Shown here: piece by piece, positions 1 through 13,244 of the stretch
Numbering within the stretch: position 1 is the stretch's first letter
How the letters are laid out: every line of letters starts with the position of its first letter
Source of the DNA: Guillardia theta CCMP2712
Lineage: Eukaryota > Protista > Cryptophyta
Assembly: GCF_000315625.1 (NCBI RefSeq)
Contig: NW_005434612.1
Location: 62,001-126,000, forward strand
Reading direction: 5' to 3'
Length of the DNA: 64,000 bases
The notes under the pieces: generated by a model
Databases searched by the model: none
What the model saw: only the letters and a program-made list of their open reading frames with translations
What the model was told of the DNA's origin: nothing
Made by a program: the position numbers and the translations under genes

Positions 1-27
1 GTCAAGAACTGATGTGATCATTGGCAG

Positions 28-3000
28 ACACCCTCTCTACCTTCAAGTGTGTCACAGTGGAAGATACCACACCTGATAAAGGGCGCATGTTAGAAAGTTC
101 GATCAGTAATTACTCTTTCTTGACAGCGATCGGGGAGCTTTTTGATAACTCGATACAACATGTACTCTGCAACCAATATGACAAGAACAAAACTATCAAA
201 GTTACACTCGACTTCCAAAGGGGCACTTTTCATCTTGTGGACAATGGAATAGGCTGCTCAGACCCCAAGGAAATGCTTCAGTATGGGTCAAAGCGCGCAT
301 CTACGCAGGAGCTGTACGACGAGGGTTGCACATCGTTCAGGAGATATCTGAGCGGTACCTTCTCTCGATATGGCGTGGGGGCCAAAAATGCTTGTAATGC
401 CCTTGGGACAAGACATGTTGTGAGCAGTAAGACGCGAGACAGCAGAACTGTGCAAGTAGTGGAAGACTCAACCTTATCGGCTTGGAAAGCAATTAGATGC
501 ATCAGGTCTCTCCAGGAGGGCGAAGACGTCGCGTCGAGCTTCTGCAAGATCGACATAGAAGGCTTCAAGATTGATTTCTTTATCAGCGATGGAGCTTTCT
601 CTGCGGCAGCTCTCAGGCACTGCCTGAGCAACATCCGAGCGATGTACTACATGTACCTTGAAGGAGAGCAGGCAGGCGCGAAGAGGTTTGTAGACCAGGT
701 GCTGAGGCTGATAGATCAGCCAAATGCAGAGATGAGACGACGCGGACGGATCGCAAACGCAAAAAAATTTTATCAACACGACCTGAGCTGCTTGAGGACG
801 ATGCTGAACAAATATCTTGTTGAGTCTGGCTCTATGTCGGAGCAGATTGACCTGGAGTTCGAGGTGATCCATCAAGACTCTGCTAGCTCGGCCCCTCCGC
901 ATCGACTAGCAGACTCGATGTGCTGCCTTGACCGAGTGCTGAGCGACGACGCCAGGGACTGCTTCCCCATCTACGTCGAGATCCCCGACCATGCAGACCC
1001 CACCAAGCGCTCGATCGCTACGGGGGCGATATTCTACTTTCCGAACCAGGGCAACAAGGACACAGTCCCGTACGTTGACGAGCTGCATGGGCACTCAAGC
1101 TCATTGGATCGCCGCTTCATGGTGTTCTGGATGGGACGATGGCTTCCTGAAGAAGATTTCGTACCAGGTTTCATGAGATACCGTGAGGGGGATAAGCCGC
1201 TTGCCCCGCAGCGATGCTATGCAAGGACTTTCGGCATTCTTTTTGTAGACCGAGGGATCGAGCCAGAGGCAAACAAGCTGGCCCTGAGCAAGTCTGCTCC
1301 AAATGTAAAGAAGATGAAGGAGGCGATTGACTCGAAGGACCTTGCAAAAGCATATGATTACTGGCTCAAAGAATGTCACCTCAAGTTTGATGCAGAGGTC
1401 TCCTTCGAAGACGAAAACCCAAAGTACATAGATGCTGAAGGAATGTCTCAGCACGACAAGATCATATTCTGCGACAATGTGTATAAGGTGGGTGAATTCG
1501 TCGAGCTGTACAAAGAGTCAAAGGAGAAAGCAAAGATTGAAAGTCATATAGGAAGGATCGAGAGGTTCTTGCAAGATAAGCACTTTGACCTGCACTTGCC
1601 AACAGGGGAGGTCGAGCTTCTTCTATTGGCTTCAGACAACAGCATGACGAAGCATAATCGCTTCAGAATACAAAACTATTCCATGAGGCCCCTCAGCAAC
1701 AAAGAGTTCGAGGCTACCAGAGCAAAGAATGAGAAGCAGATAGTCAGATCAGTCGCTATCGAGTTCCGCAACCACATCGTGAAGGCTGGCATGTTACCGC
1801 TTACAAGGGTTGTCTGCAAGAACTCAAACAACGAAGTCATTCAGACAAACATCCCGATCTTCAAGGTCACAGTGGCGTCACAAGATTGCTTGGAAAGCTT
1901 CGAAGTGTCTAATGGGCTTCTGTCTTCTCCTGAAAAGATAGTGCCCAATGGGCATCTGTCTTTTCCTGACAAGATAGTGAAGAAGCTCGCGACTGTCGCA
2001 GGCCGGTATACGATTTCCCTTGAGCCAGCTGCAGGTCAGACGCCGTTCACGTGCGAGCCCGCGACGTTCTACATCACCCCAGCAGAGATGCACAAGGTAT
2101 CGCTCAGACCAAACACTCCGAGCATCCATTGTGAGCTCGGGCAAACGACCTCCTTAGAAGTACAGGTGCACGACAAATACAACAATAGCATCGATCTCCA
2201 ACTCGGCGTCCACACGCTTGACATTCTGGTAGACGAGGCTCGGGCTCTAGATGTCTCGCTATCCTTCACGCCTGAGTACGCTGGGAGCATCAGGATCCAA
2301 GACCTCTGCGTGCTTCATGGGGGCGTCGGGACGTATCCTGCTCGCATAGTCATCACAGACATTCATCAGCAGAAGGTCGTTGAGCACAAAATCTCGATCA
2401 AAGTCCAGCATGGGCAGCCATCGTCCATACAGTGCGACGCTGACTGGGAGGAGTATATCAACTACCAACAGCTCGGGCCAGTCGACGTCAGCATTCAAGA
2501 CGCGAGCGGGAACATGTGCGACGGAAACCAAGGCAAGCTCGTGGTGATGAGCCCGGACCTCCTGCTTCACGGCGAGAGCCAGCGGAATGAAAACAAGATA
2601 AGGAAAGGGAGATGTCGCCTGACCTGCTCGTGTGCGAGCTCTTTGTTCTCGAATGGTACGGCAACAGCTCAGACGGTAGTCAGTGAAGCAGAAATGGGTC
2701 GATGGAGAGAAATGATACTCAAGCAAGTCGCTCCGGTCGGGGTATTTCACAGGGAGCATGGCTTCTTTCAAACAGGGGATTGTGTATTGCTCATCACGGA
2801 GCAAGAATTGGGCGTTGGAGCACGTCGTAAGACAAGGCCTAAGGTTCGGTTGTTTGGACAGATCAAGTCTATTTTCAATGATGAGCAATCTTCGGAGACT
2901 GGAATCTATGTTGAGTACTTCTCGGAGAGCAGTGATCATCCTCGCTTACTCTTACACAACGAAGCGCCAGATGCTGAAAGGCTCAATCCAGAAGCCATCT

Positions 3001-6000
3001 CGAGTCGTTGCCTTGTGTTTCACGATTCCCTCCGGCACACTTTGGATCTTGATGTGATGGCAGACAATGTGTTCTTCTGCAACTCCGACGAGTTTCCCCG
3101 GAGCCTTCAAGCGACTTTAGATGTCATCCACGAGACCGAGACGACGATCTTGCATCAGAGGTTCTCACGTCCCCTGAAGCCGAGCGGAACTCCGAGGCGC
3201 ATGAAGCTCTTCCAATCAGGAGTCGAGTTGGCTCTCAACAATGCAGCAGTGTCGTTCAACGCACGGCACAACGACAAGATATCAGACTTGTACCTTGTGG
3301 CTGCTGACGAGACAAACCAGCCCTGCCAGCACTTTGCGGACGGCAGGTCAAACTTGAAAGTAGAAATGAGCTGGATGAATGCACAGCTGCCAGTCTATGA
3401 AGCCGGTCGGGATCAAGTCTTTGCACTGCCTCCGTTGCACGTACGATCTAATTCCAAGCAGACCATCTCGGTCTTCTCCTGTGCAGGCTCGAAGCAGACG
3501 AAGACAGAGGAGACGCGACTGTTTCAGTACCAACTTGACGTCCTGGTGACCCCCGGAGAGCCTGAGAAGCTGAAGATTTCTCTACCACAAGACATCTCTG
3601 GTATCAAAGCAGGAGACTTGTTCACGTTGGAAGGAGTCATAGTGGATCGAGATGGATACGACATCGAACCGATAACTAACCAACATCCTGACGAAATATC
3701 TTCGTTCAGTTTCACGTGCGAAGATGGGTTTGAGGTTCCGGTCACTTTATATGACAACTACCACAATGTGGTAGAAGGCAAAGATGCCCTTGGGAACATC
3801 ACGATCAAAGGCTCTAAGATCACTGTAAGGAATGCTTTCATTCGCTGTAAACCCTCCAAGGGCACGCTCAAGCTTGGGCTGAAGCTCAACGTGAAAACAG
3901 GTATAGGTGGCACAAAGTCTTACAACTTGAAGCCCATCGAGCTGGACTTGGACCTGAAAGCTGGTGATCCGTGCAAGATATGCGTACAGCCAGACTGCCA
4001 AGCGTTCGTCAACCTCTCGGTCCCCAGCATGGCGGAGTACGAATGTGACATCAGGTTCATCGTTACAGACAGTGTGGACAACAACTTGTCAGCCGCATGG
4101 GATCAGCCGCTGATGCTGCAGGTAGGCAAACAGAGCAGGAGGCTTGAAAAAGTATCAGATGAATCAAGGGGAGATGCTTTCAAGCTCAGCACAATTCCAG
4201 CCCTTCCAGCAGGAGAGTATTTTCCTAAAATCATTTCGCGGAGTATATCGAGTTTCACCTTCAATGTCATCGCCACTGCTAGGAACTCCGTCATTCAGAT
4301 CGCGATGACGGTGAAAGACCGACAGAAACATCTTGAGTACGCACAAGGCTCAGCGCTTGCAGCAGCAGACTTCGAAGCTTTGATCCAACTCCACACCGAA
4401 GACCAAAGAAAGCTCGACGACTGGTCTACGAGTACCATGCCGGATGTGAGGCTGTACTGTGAAAAGCAGAGGATACCCATGTCGTACAAGACCTTCGACG
4501 GCAACTGCGTACACGTCATCTTCTCTCTCAGCGAGATCGGGAGTCATCAGGTCTCGGCTGAGTTTGTCGACTCGAGACCCTCGTATGCAGGACCTCCGAT
4601 CGCTTCCAAGCCTTGTAACGTGGTGGTGAAGTCAGGTAAGAGACGCTGTCTGCTTGACATGATTGTCCGCTTGTATCTCACGCCATTGCTACAGGACCTG
4701 TAGAGCAGCTGGACTTGCAGCTTCATGCTCCTGCGACTGACGACCCTCTTCAGTGTGGCTTCACGCTCGCTGCATGTGACCGGGCGTCTCGAAAGACAAA
4801 CTATCATCCCACGAGCGAGTGGGAGGCTACAGTGGTGGCACGGGTGCTGGAGGACCATCTCGTCCGGATAGAGACCAATGCTGTAACCCTCAACGCTCTT
4901 CATCCCACGGTCAATGGAACCTTCACGCTCGTGCCTCAGCGACAAGAGCAGCAAGAGTCATGCGCTTGTACGCTTGTGTTTAACGTGCAGAGCAACATTG
5001 CCATAAGGTCGTTGGATCAGCGAACGATGAACGTGACGCTTCCTGCTGCATCTGCTGGCGTGCACGATGACACTGCAATCAATGACAACGAGAACGAGGA
5101 GGTGCAGGAGGCGAGCAGAGCCAACATCGCCTTCGAGGAACAGCCGGTGATTATCGAAGACGACACAGAAGAAGAGGAGAAGCTCAGGGTCGAGGTACAA
5201 ACATCCATGTGCCATCAAAACATCGAGAACGCTATTGCAAGGCTCCTCAAGCGACAGGATGTCTCTCCTGCTATCCAATCTTACTACGTCGATATCGCAG
5301 CAACTTCGGACTTGGGGAAGCTGAAGCGAGACTGTGAGAGGTTTCAAACAGGCATCAGGAATCACAATGCAGAGCTGACCGAGCGGTTCAAGGACTTCAA
5401 GAACAAGTATGATGATCTTCCACACAAGATGGAGTTGACAGATGTCGAAATTCCTGCGAGCTGCAAGGACGCTTTAGGGTGTATTTCCTCCTTGTTCTCC
5501 ATCGACCATCCTCGGGCAGCAGACATTCAGACGGCCTTGTCGACAGCTTTCGGCGAGGACCTCAACTCCGTCATCTTCCAGAGCGACGGAGACTTGGATG
5601 AGCAGATGGACGGCATCTGCTGTCAGTCCAAGTGTCGAGTCAAGAGCGCTTGCCTGGTAGAGCAGGACAGGTTGCCCGAGGACGTCGAGGAGTCTCGCGG
5701 GGCCCTGGGACGAGCCGACAGCTTCATCGTCCTCAACAAGTCTCGTGATGCAGAGACAGACAGGAAGCTGCTCTCCTTCGCCGAGCGATTCTTCAGGAGG
5801 CTCGTCGTCTTCGAGCAGTCGGATGATGCCATCCGCTACCGCACACGCTCCATGCTTCGAGGCGAGATGGTGGTGGGACTGGACCGACCGAACAAGGTCA
5901 TTTCATGGGACGGGAGCCAGACGCTGCTGGACAAGCAAGTGAGGTGTGCAAGGATGGGCATCGTCGAGTACTGGAGAGCCAAAGCATACAAGGAGCTGCA

Positions 6001-6298
6001 ACGGCAGAGAGATGAGCTTGACTCCATCGACAAGGAGCTCAAGGTAGGCCTCCTAACCTCCTGCTACCTCGTAGTCACGAGTGTGCCTTTGGCAGGAGAT
6101 CATCAAGAACTGCAATGATGTGGAGAACAACGAGATGAGTCAGAGCGCCAGGTTGACCGGAAAGAAGCGGGTGAACACAGATCAGGAGGTGAGACTGGAG
6201 TTCATAGTCGAGAGATTTGACGGTCATGCCAGCAGCCACAGGAAGACGGGGAGGACGAGTTGAGGCCTCGCAAGCTCTTTCGTGAGAGTAGAGATTGA
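28..6298 (+). CDS. SMCHD1/GMI1-like protein (GHKL ATPase, transducer, BAH-like/Ig-like linker, SMC hinge); 5' exons lie outside the window
   Basis: GHKL motifs AIGELFDNS, DNGIG and SRYGVGAKNA. Transducer-like VFWMGRWL...EANKL. Intron 4636-4694 (GTAAGA...CTACAG) joins ORF 21..4703 in frame to ORF 4715..6118, which has coiled coil plus hinge-like LGCISSLFSID...ALSTAFGEDLNSVIFQS. Further introns at 6044-6095 and about 6189-6241 give a stop at 6296-6298. An acceptor TTGGCAG at 21-27 shows the gene starts upstream. Confidence 0.85.
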
Positions 6299-6501
6299 AT
6301 TCAGCAGTATCTATGAATCGACTTACATCCAGGGCATCACCCGACCAGGTTAGGGAAAGTCATCGGGATTCGTCTTTCTTGTACAAGATATACAAGATGG
6401 TCGTGGGTTTGAATTTACTCTATTAAAATACAAACAAAAACTTTCAACATCCTCACTCAGTTTCACGCCTTTGTTGTGCGTGAGAAATAAACCATCGCAT
6501 T

Positions 6502-7402
6502 CTACTGTTTGCTTCTGTCTTCCCTCAGCCATTTGTCTAGCACTCGTGCTCTTGCAACATCCTGACCCCTCGTTTTACCTGCCCTATTCGCAGCTCCTCC
6601 TTTCATCTGCTGTCTGCGATGCCTCGTCCTCGTGGCGAGCCATGTCCGTGTGCTCGCTAGCTTGCCTCGTAAGGAGCCCTCAAGGATTCTCAGTTGAGCC
6701 ATCTTGGAGCTGATGAGGACCTCTGCCTCCTCGGCAGTGCGGAACACGATCGGTTCCATGCTGCAGTTGCGAAGGCAGGTATCAACTTCCTCAGAGCTGT
6801 TGTGAGACCCGAAGCTCGCGCTGCCGTTGGAGAAGGTAAGTTCATAGTCAAGCTCGAACGAGCCGTTGCCAGCGAAGGCGGACGACTGGTTGGCTGTACA
6901 GTTTGCTGCACACTTGAGCTGTCTCTCCAACTCATCAAGTTGTTTCACAACATCTTGAAACTGTTCGATCATGTCCATGATCTCCTTATTGGGGTCTACC
7001 ATTGGATTGTACATGGCCGGGATGTACAAACTCTGTCCAGCCTTAGGCGTCTTGATCTTTGCGTACGAAAGCAATGCTTCATGTTTGGTCGCAGATGTGA
7101 GAAGGTCAGTCGGGTACTTGTACCTGCCATGCATGTCAAGGTCACCGAGAACTCTCGAAGATATCCACTCACGTGGGAAACACGGTCTCTTCGTATCGCC
7201 TGTCCATAGAGTCGTTCTCAGTTCCTTGGTTCTGCAAAACCGAAGGGAAGCCAGCTCGTGTGGCCATCAGAGCTACAAGCAACATCGATAGGAGCACAGT
7301 GACCACGGCCAGAGTTTGCTTGCTCTTTGCCCGCTGTTCGTCATGCCGGTGACATTCTTCCATCTTTCCTGTCAAGAAGAACATTCTCACTGGAGAAAAC
7401 AT
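6502..7402 (-). CDS. Hypothetical spliced protein with N-terminal hydrophobic segment; ends approximate
   Basis: ORFs 7169..7402 (hydrophobic LAVVTVLLSMLLVALMA) and 6502..7134 (short coiled coil) are adjacent on the same strand with a plausible intron between them. No family recognised. Confidence 0.45.
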
Positions 7403-7521
7403 CCATCAATATCCCTTCCCAACAAATCTTTCCCAGCTCACCATGTCTCACTTCTGCATATCATACCTCTCCTCACATCGTATCCCGTGGTCTACACGTT
7501 TTCATTTCCTCCCTTTTCCCT

Positions 7522-7734
7522 TCTCCTCTCCTCTCCTCTCCTCTCCTCTCCTCTCCTCTCCTCTCCTCTCCTCTCCTCTCCTCTCCTCTCCTCTCCTCTC
7601 CTCTCCTCTCCTCTCCTCTCCTCTCCTCTCCTCTCCTCCTTGTTCCTGCTTCCCTTCTCCTCTCCTCTCCTCTCCTCTCCTCTCCTCTCCTCCTTGTTCC
7701 TGCTTCTCCTCTCCTCTCCTCTCCTCTCCTCTCT
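7522..7734. repeat. (CTCCT)n pyrimidine microsatellite
   Basis: Directly visible pentamer run with two short interruptions (TTGTTCCTGCTT). Confidence 0.97.
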
Positions 7735-7974
7735 TCGGAATGTTCCGTCTGTCAGGTCATCTTTCGCCAGCCTCGTTGGCCTGCATGTTCCTATTTGTGG
7801 ACTGCTGGTATGTGGGCCAGGAGGTGATAGAATATCGCATACGATACTTTGCTGCCTTTCAAAATAATTATTTTTATTTTCTGAGGCGAACTTGAAAGAA
7901 GAGTTTGATCAGTTGAGTAAAACTCCTCAGGGTCTTTGCGAGCCTCAACAAGTGGGGGACAGGAGGAGACAGAA

Positions 7975-8186
7975 GAAGAGAGAGAGAGAGAGAGACGGGA
8001 GGAGCGAGTAGAGGGAAGGAGAGAGTAGAGGGAAGGAGAGAGTAGAGGGAAGGAGAGAGTAGAGGGAAGGAGAGAGTAGAGGGAAGGAGAGAGTAGAGGG
8101 AAGGAGAGAGTAGAGGGAAGGGGAGAGTAGAGGGAAGGAGAGAGTAGAGGGAGGGAGAGAGTAGAGGGAGGGAGAGAGTAGAGGGA

Positions 8187-8240
<54 letters not shown>

Positions 8241-8332
8241 GGAGAGAGTAGAGGGAGGGAGGGAGGAGAGAGAGAGAGAGAGAGAGAGAGACGGGAGGAG
8301 AGAGTAGAGGGAAGGGAATAGTGACGGAGAGA
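7975..8332. repeat. Polypurine tract: (GA)n plus 15-bp minisatellite GAGTAGAGGGAAGGA
   Basis: About a dozen 15-mers between GA dinucleotide runs. Confidence 0.95.
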
Positions 8333-8376
8333 GATAAGACAAGGCTGGAGTGGCGAGGGTCCTGCAGCTGCTAGAC

Positions 8377-10871
8377 ATGCTTGCGAAGCGCGACATACTC
8401 AGGCACATGAGAGTGTTTTCATCTCTCGTGTCCTCGCGCGGGTTGTCCAGCTCCAAGGATACTCGCTCTTTGCTGTCACCGCCAGAAGAAGGAACCGTGT
8501 CCGGCAGTACCAGGCAGCGCAACCCTCTAGACGCGTCTTCCTGGGACGTGGTCGTGATAGGAGGAGGGCACGCAGGCTGCGAGGCAGCCGCAGCCGCTGC
8601 AAGACTGGGCGTGAGGACTCTCTTGCTCACCCACAAGCTGCAGGACCTTGGGACGATGTCGTGCAACCCGTCGATTGGAGGGGTGGGAAAGGGACACCTT
8701 GTGCGGGAGATCGACGCCTTAGGGGGGGTGATGGGACGGATGGCGGACATCGGCGGGATACAGTTTCGTATCCTGAACGCGTCCAAGGGCCCGGCAGTGC
8801 AGGGGCCCCGAGCTCAGATCGATCGGACGCTGTACAGGAAGGCGATGATCGATGAAATGCAGCAGTACCAAAACCTGCAGATCGCGTGCGGGAGCGTCGA
8901 AGACATTGTCGTGTCTGGGGAGGGGTCGGTTAGCGGTCTGACCCTCAGTGCCGACAGCCAGTGGGAGGGGTGGAGGGTGAACACGAGCAAGGTGGTGGTG
9001 ACGACAGGGACGTTCTTGCGGGGAGTGATACACGTCGGCTCTGAACAGATTCCCGCCGGGCGCGCGGGGGACAAACCAGCGACGGCGCTTGCAGAGACTT
9101 TTCGGAGGATCGGGTTCAAGATGGGCAGGCTCAAGACCGGGACGCCTCCTCGGATCGCAGCGAAATCCATCGATTACAGCAACCTTGAGGTGCAGGAGGG
9201 AGATGCGAACCCCAGGCCATTCAGCTTCCTCAACCAGAAGCCCGTTCTCGGCAACCAGGTCGTGTGCTGGGTGACCCAGACGATCCAGCGGACGCACGAC
9301 ATCGTGCAAGAGCACGGACATCTCTCGCCGATCTTTCAGTCTGCGGGAGGAAAGGGCAACGGGCCCAGGTACTGCCCCTCCCTCGACACTAAGATCCAGA
9401 GGTTCCCAGGTCGGTTCCACCTGGTGTGGCTGGAGCCGGAGGGGATCGACTCAGACGTCATCTACCCCAACGGAATATCGATGGGCTTCCCCCGGGACGT
9501 TCAGCAGGAGATCATCCGCTCCATCCCTGGGCTAGAGGGCGCTGACATTCTGCATCCAGCATACTCGATCGAGTACGACATGATCGACCCAACGCAGCTC
9601 AAGCCGACGCTCGAGACTCGCCCCTTGCCCGGCCTCTACCTTGCTGGGCAGATCAACGGCAGCACTGGGTACGAGGAGGCGGCAGCGCAAGGGATCGTCG
9701 CTGGAATCAACGCTGCTCTGTCAGTGAAGGACGAACCCTCCTTCGTCCTCTCCAGATCTGAGGCGTACATCGGAGTCCTAGTCGACGACCTGCTCAAGGG
9801 GGTCACGGAACCGTACAGAATGTTCACGTCGAGAGCTGAATATCGACTTCTTTTGCGAAGCGATAATGCCGATCTGAGGCTGACGCCGTTGGCCATGAAG
9901 CTGGGACTTGCTTGCGAGGAGAGGAAGGAAACGTTTCTGAGAAAGAAGAGGGAACTTGAAAACGGCCGCGCGCTTCTCTCGTCCGTCACCTTCAAGCCTC
10001 AGGTAATTTGAGCTTTATGCTGTGGATTTAACATCTCGGATCAAAACACATTTTCCTTGTTCATTATCCACATTTGGACATCATCATCATCGCCACTACT
10101 AACAGAACATACTGACAAAATTTCATCATCGTTGGCATCGACTTGTTTCAATCCATTCACGTGTCCAGAAGACTGACACTCCTGCTTGAAGGAATGGCAG
10201 AGTGCAGGAGTGGACGTCTGCTTGGACGGATTGAAACGAAGTCCGCAGACAGTCCTTGGATATCCCGGAGTAAAATGGTCGCACTTGACATCCCTCCTCC
10301 CCGAGCTGGGGTCGACCACACCCGAGGTGACACGTCCTCAGGTCATTCTTTCTTGCTCATGCACTTTCCAATCAGGTCGTGGAGATTCTGACGATCGAGG
10401 CGATGTACCATGAGTTCATCACAGCGCAGAAGAGAGACATTGAGGCGATCAAGAGAGAAGAGAACCTAGTCCTGCCTGAGAACTTTGACTACAGGCATGT
10501 CTTGCTATCACCTGTTGCTTGCCGACCTTCCATCCCTGCCGTCTACGTCACGATCTGCAGTCCGCTGAGCCTGACCCATTGATCACAGGAAGGTCAACGC
10601 CTTGTCAAATGAAGAAGTAGAGATCCTCAACTCCTTGCAACCGACAACGCTCGGTCAAGTCCCAAGTCTTGATGTCTCCTCCTGCTGAATCTGTGAGATT
10701 CAGGTAGAGCGTCAAGAATTCCAGGGATCCGGCCGTCCTCCTTGCTTCCTCTTCTCCAGGTTGAGCTTCTTCGTTGCCGTCTCTGCCCTGAACGCTCTGC
10801 AGCTTGCTAAGAGGTTCAACCAGAAGAGCAGGAGCGACGAGGTGCCGCAGGCTGCTGAGCAGATGTCGTGA
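8377..10871 (+). CDS. MTO1: tRNA U34 modification flavoprotein MTO1/GidA (MnmG), probably mitochondrial
   Basis: Motifs [60 protein letters not shown] and [22 protein letters not shown]. Small 3' exons ([19 protein letters not shown]) end at TGA 10869-10871. Arg/Ser-rich N-terminal extension. Confidence 0.96.
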
Positions 10872-11318
10872 GAGAGGAAGTAGGGTACAGTCGGGAGATG
10901 TACATGAACTACGTGAGTACATTCCGGTAGCTTTCTACCCCAGCTTTCCAACTCGATGGTCATCCTCACGAACAAAATTGTGGCCCACGGCAGAATCGCG
11001 AGATGAAGTGATCAAGCATTTGCATCTTCATCCTTGTCCATCTGAACTAATCTCGCTGCTGAAATCACTGCTCAATCAATCCCAGGGCATGCGGGAGGCA
11101 GATGAATTGAGAGTGATGGACTTGTCAGATTGCCCACAAGGGTCAGAAGGCCTTAAGGAGACTGAAGCTCTAGCCTTGGAAGCATGACAATGGACAACCC
11201 AAGTCTTGGTCGGAGGGGCTACAGGCAGCAATCAAAGTTCAGGGCCCTGCCGCGAAGCTCCGGCTGCAGTCATGTAGATGAAGAGGGGAAGCAGCAGACA
11301 TTAGTTTAATTCTTAGTT

Positions 11319-12900
11319 TCACACACCCTTGAGCTCAAAGACTAACTCGCCCGTCACACTCGCATCGTCACAACGGTGGTAGTTTGCTACAAACCGTCTC
11401 GCAGCCTCTACTGATGGAGCTTCAGCCTGCCTGGCTCGTATCGTGAAGTACAGAACGCCACGAGGCAAGGGACCTGAACCTCTGTCAAACATGTAGGAGC
11501 CTCTACCAACATTGGAATGCACACAATGTTGAAGGGAGAAGAATCCTCGGGTTCGACGCGGACGGTGTAGGAGCCTCCATCGCTCAGCGGCAGGTCGATG
11601 TCAACGACCTGCCCCACCACCATCGGACGCTCTCGGCCCACATAGGAGGAGCAGAGGTACCTCGTTTGTCTTGCTGTCAATCAAGTAGATCAGCTTGCCC
11701 TTGGGGTTCGCCCCTCCTCGGAGAGGGATCCCAAACGCTTTCGAGATCTGGGACAAGTCATGACACTGGCTGCGAAAGCTTCCCTATACGATATGCAGCA
11801 GCGAAGCTCCTCCTTGCGGGCCCTTCCACTGCAGGCACCTGCGCGGATAGTGAAGGGAAGGAGGGAGTGAGGGAGGAGGGGGAGGGGGACGGGGAGGAGG
11901 AGGAGGAGGAGGAGGAGGATGCTCACTTGCTGATTCCCTTGTAGGTGAAATCTGCTTGCAGCCTGAAGAGAGCAAAGGAGGAGCCGCAACATAATAAGAT
12001 GAGCAAGTCGCAAGCGAGTGAAGCTTTGTTACACACAATCTCGGTGATCCCTGGGTAAAGCCGTCAATAATGCAGTCTNNNNNNNNNNNNNNNNNNNNNN
12101 NNNNNNNNNNNNNNNNNNNNNNNNNNNNNNNNNNNNNNNNNNNNNNNNNNNNNNNNNNNNNNNNNNNNNNNNNNNNNNGCCCCTCCCCACCCCTGTTGCA
12201 ACTCTTTCACTCCCCCCCCCCCTCCCTCCTGCCTCCCTACTTCTTCCATGTCCTTCCCTCCGTAAACCTCACTCTTCCTCCCCTAAACCTCATCCTTCCC
12301 CCTCCTCCTCCCTCACGTACCTCGCAAGCAGCATCCGCATCATGGAGTTGGTTCTGGGCATCAAAGCTTATCACCGGCAGCTCTCCCGCTCTCTCGTACC
12401 TCAAGCCTGTCGTGCTCTGGCAGAAGTTTCACACTGCATGGCCATGGCCTGAGGTTCGCCTTAGACCCCACCCCCCCCGCCCGCCGCCACTTCACAGGTC
12501 GCCGGTCAATTCGCTCATGGTGCACACTTGCGACACTTCGCTCAAGTCTTCATCTGCGTTTCCCGTCAGGTGGTGAGAACAAGGAAAGAATTGCAATGAT
12601 GATTCGCAATCCATAATCCACAGAGGGAGAGAGGTATGAACAACAAGAGGCTCGTTCATGCGCGTTCATGAGCGTTTCAATGCTCTTCCACCATCCAACC
12701 ATCCAACCCTCTCTCCTCGTAGTTCAAGACACACGTCACCCGTCTACCCACATGCGATGCTCTACCCCTTACGCTCAGCCTCGTCACCTCCACGTACCTT
12801 CTTGCCTCCTGCCCCCGCCCTCCATCTCGACTTCCTGCGCATGGTGCGCCATACCCCTTCACTGACCAGGTACAGATCTATCTGCCCGAGCTGCCCTGGC
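11319..12900 (-). CDS. Probable multi-exon hypothetical gene spanning a gap; boundaries uncertain
   Basis: Coding-looking minus-strand segments (VVGQVVDIDLPLSDGGSYTVRVEP; LYFTIRARQAEAPS) are separated by intron-like low-complexity tracts. No family recognised. Confidence 0.3.
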
Positions 12901-13244
12901 TGAAGGGTAAAAAAAAGCACTCATCGCTTTCTGCCATCAATATCTTTCTGAGGCGGACCTGTCCACATATTTCCGCACACTGCCAGGCACGGTGTGGCCC
13001 GCACTTTCGAGTCTCAGTTGTTATTTAGTAGTAGACCGCTGTCTTGGGTGATCCTAGCTGCTTCATTCACTTTCTTTACTAAGGTATGCGAGTAAAATCT
13101 CCTCCTCCTTGTCTGCTCCGTGCTCTCTTACTACTGTGACCAGTTCTATGTCAGCGTTTGCCGCTAGCACAAGATTGCATTATAATTTTGTTTCAAGTTT
13201 CAAGTCAAACGTTTCTCAATTACAAGTAACCGAGGACTGCTCTA

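Noticed and set aside
21-4703. MutL, Hsp90 or MORC assignment, and TTG start at 21
   Set aside because: The spliced hinge exon and long Ig-like linker fit SMCHD1/GMI1 better. The TTG is part of a splice acceptor.
7316-8786. LLSSP-repeat and SLSL ORFs
   Set aside because: Stop-free translations of microsatellites.
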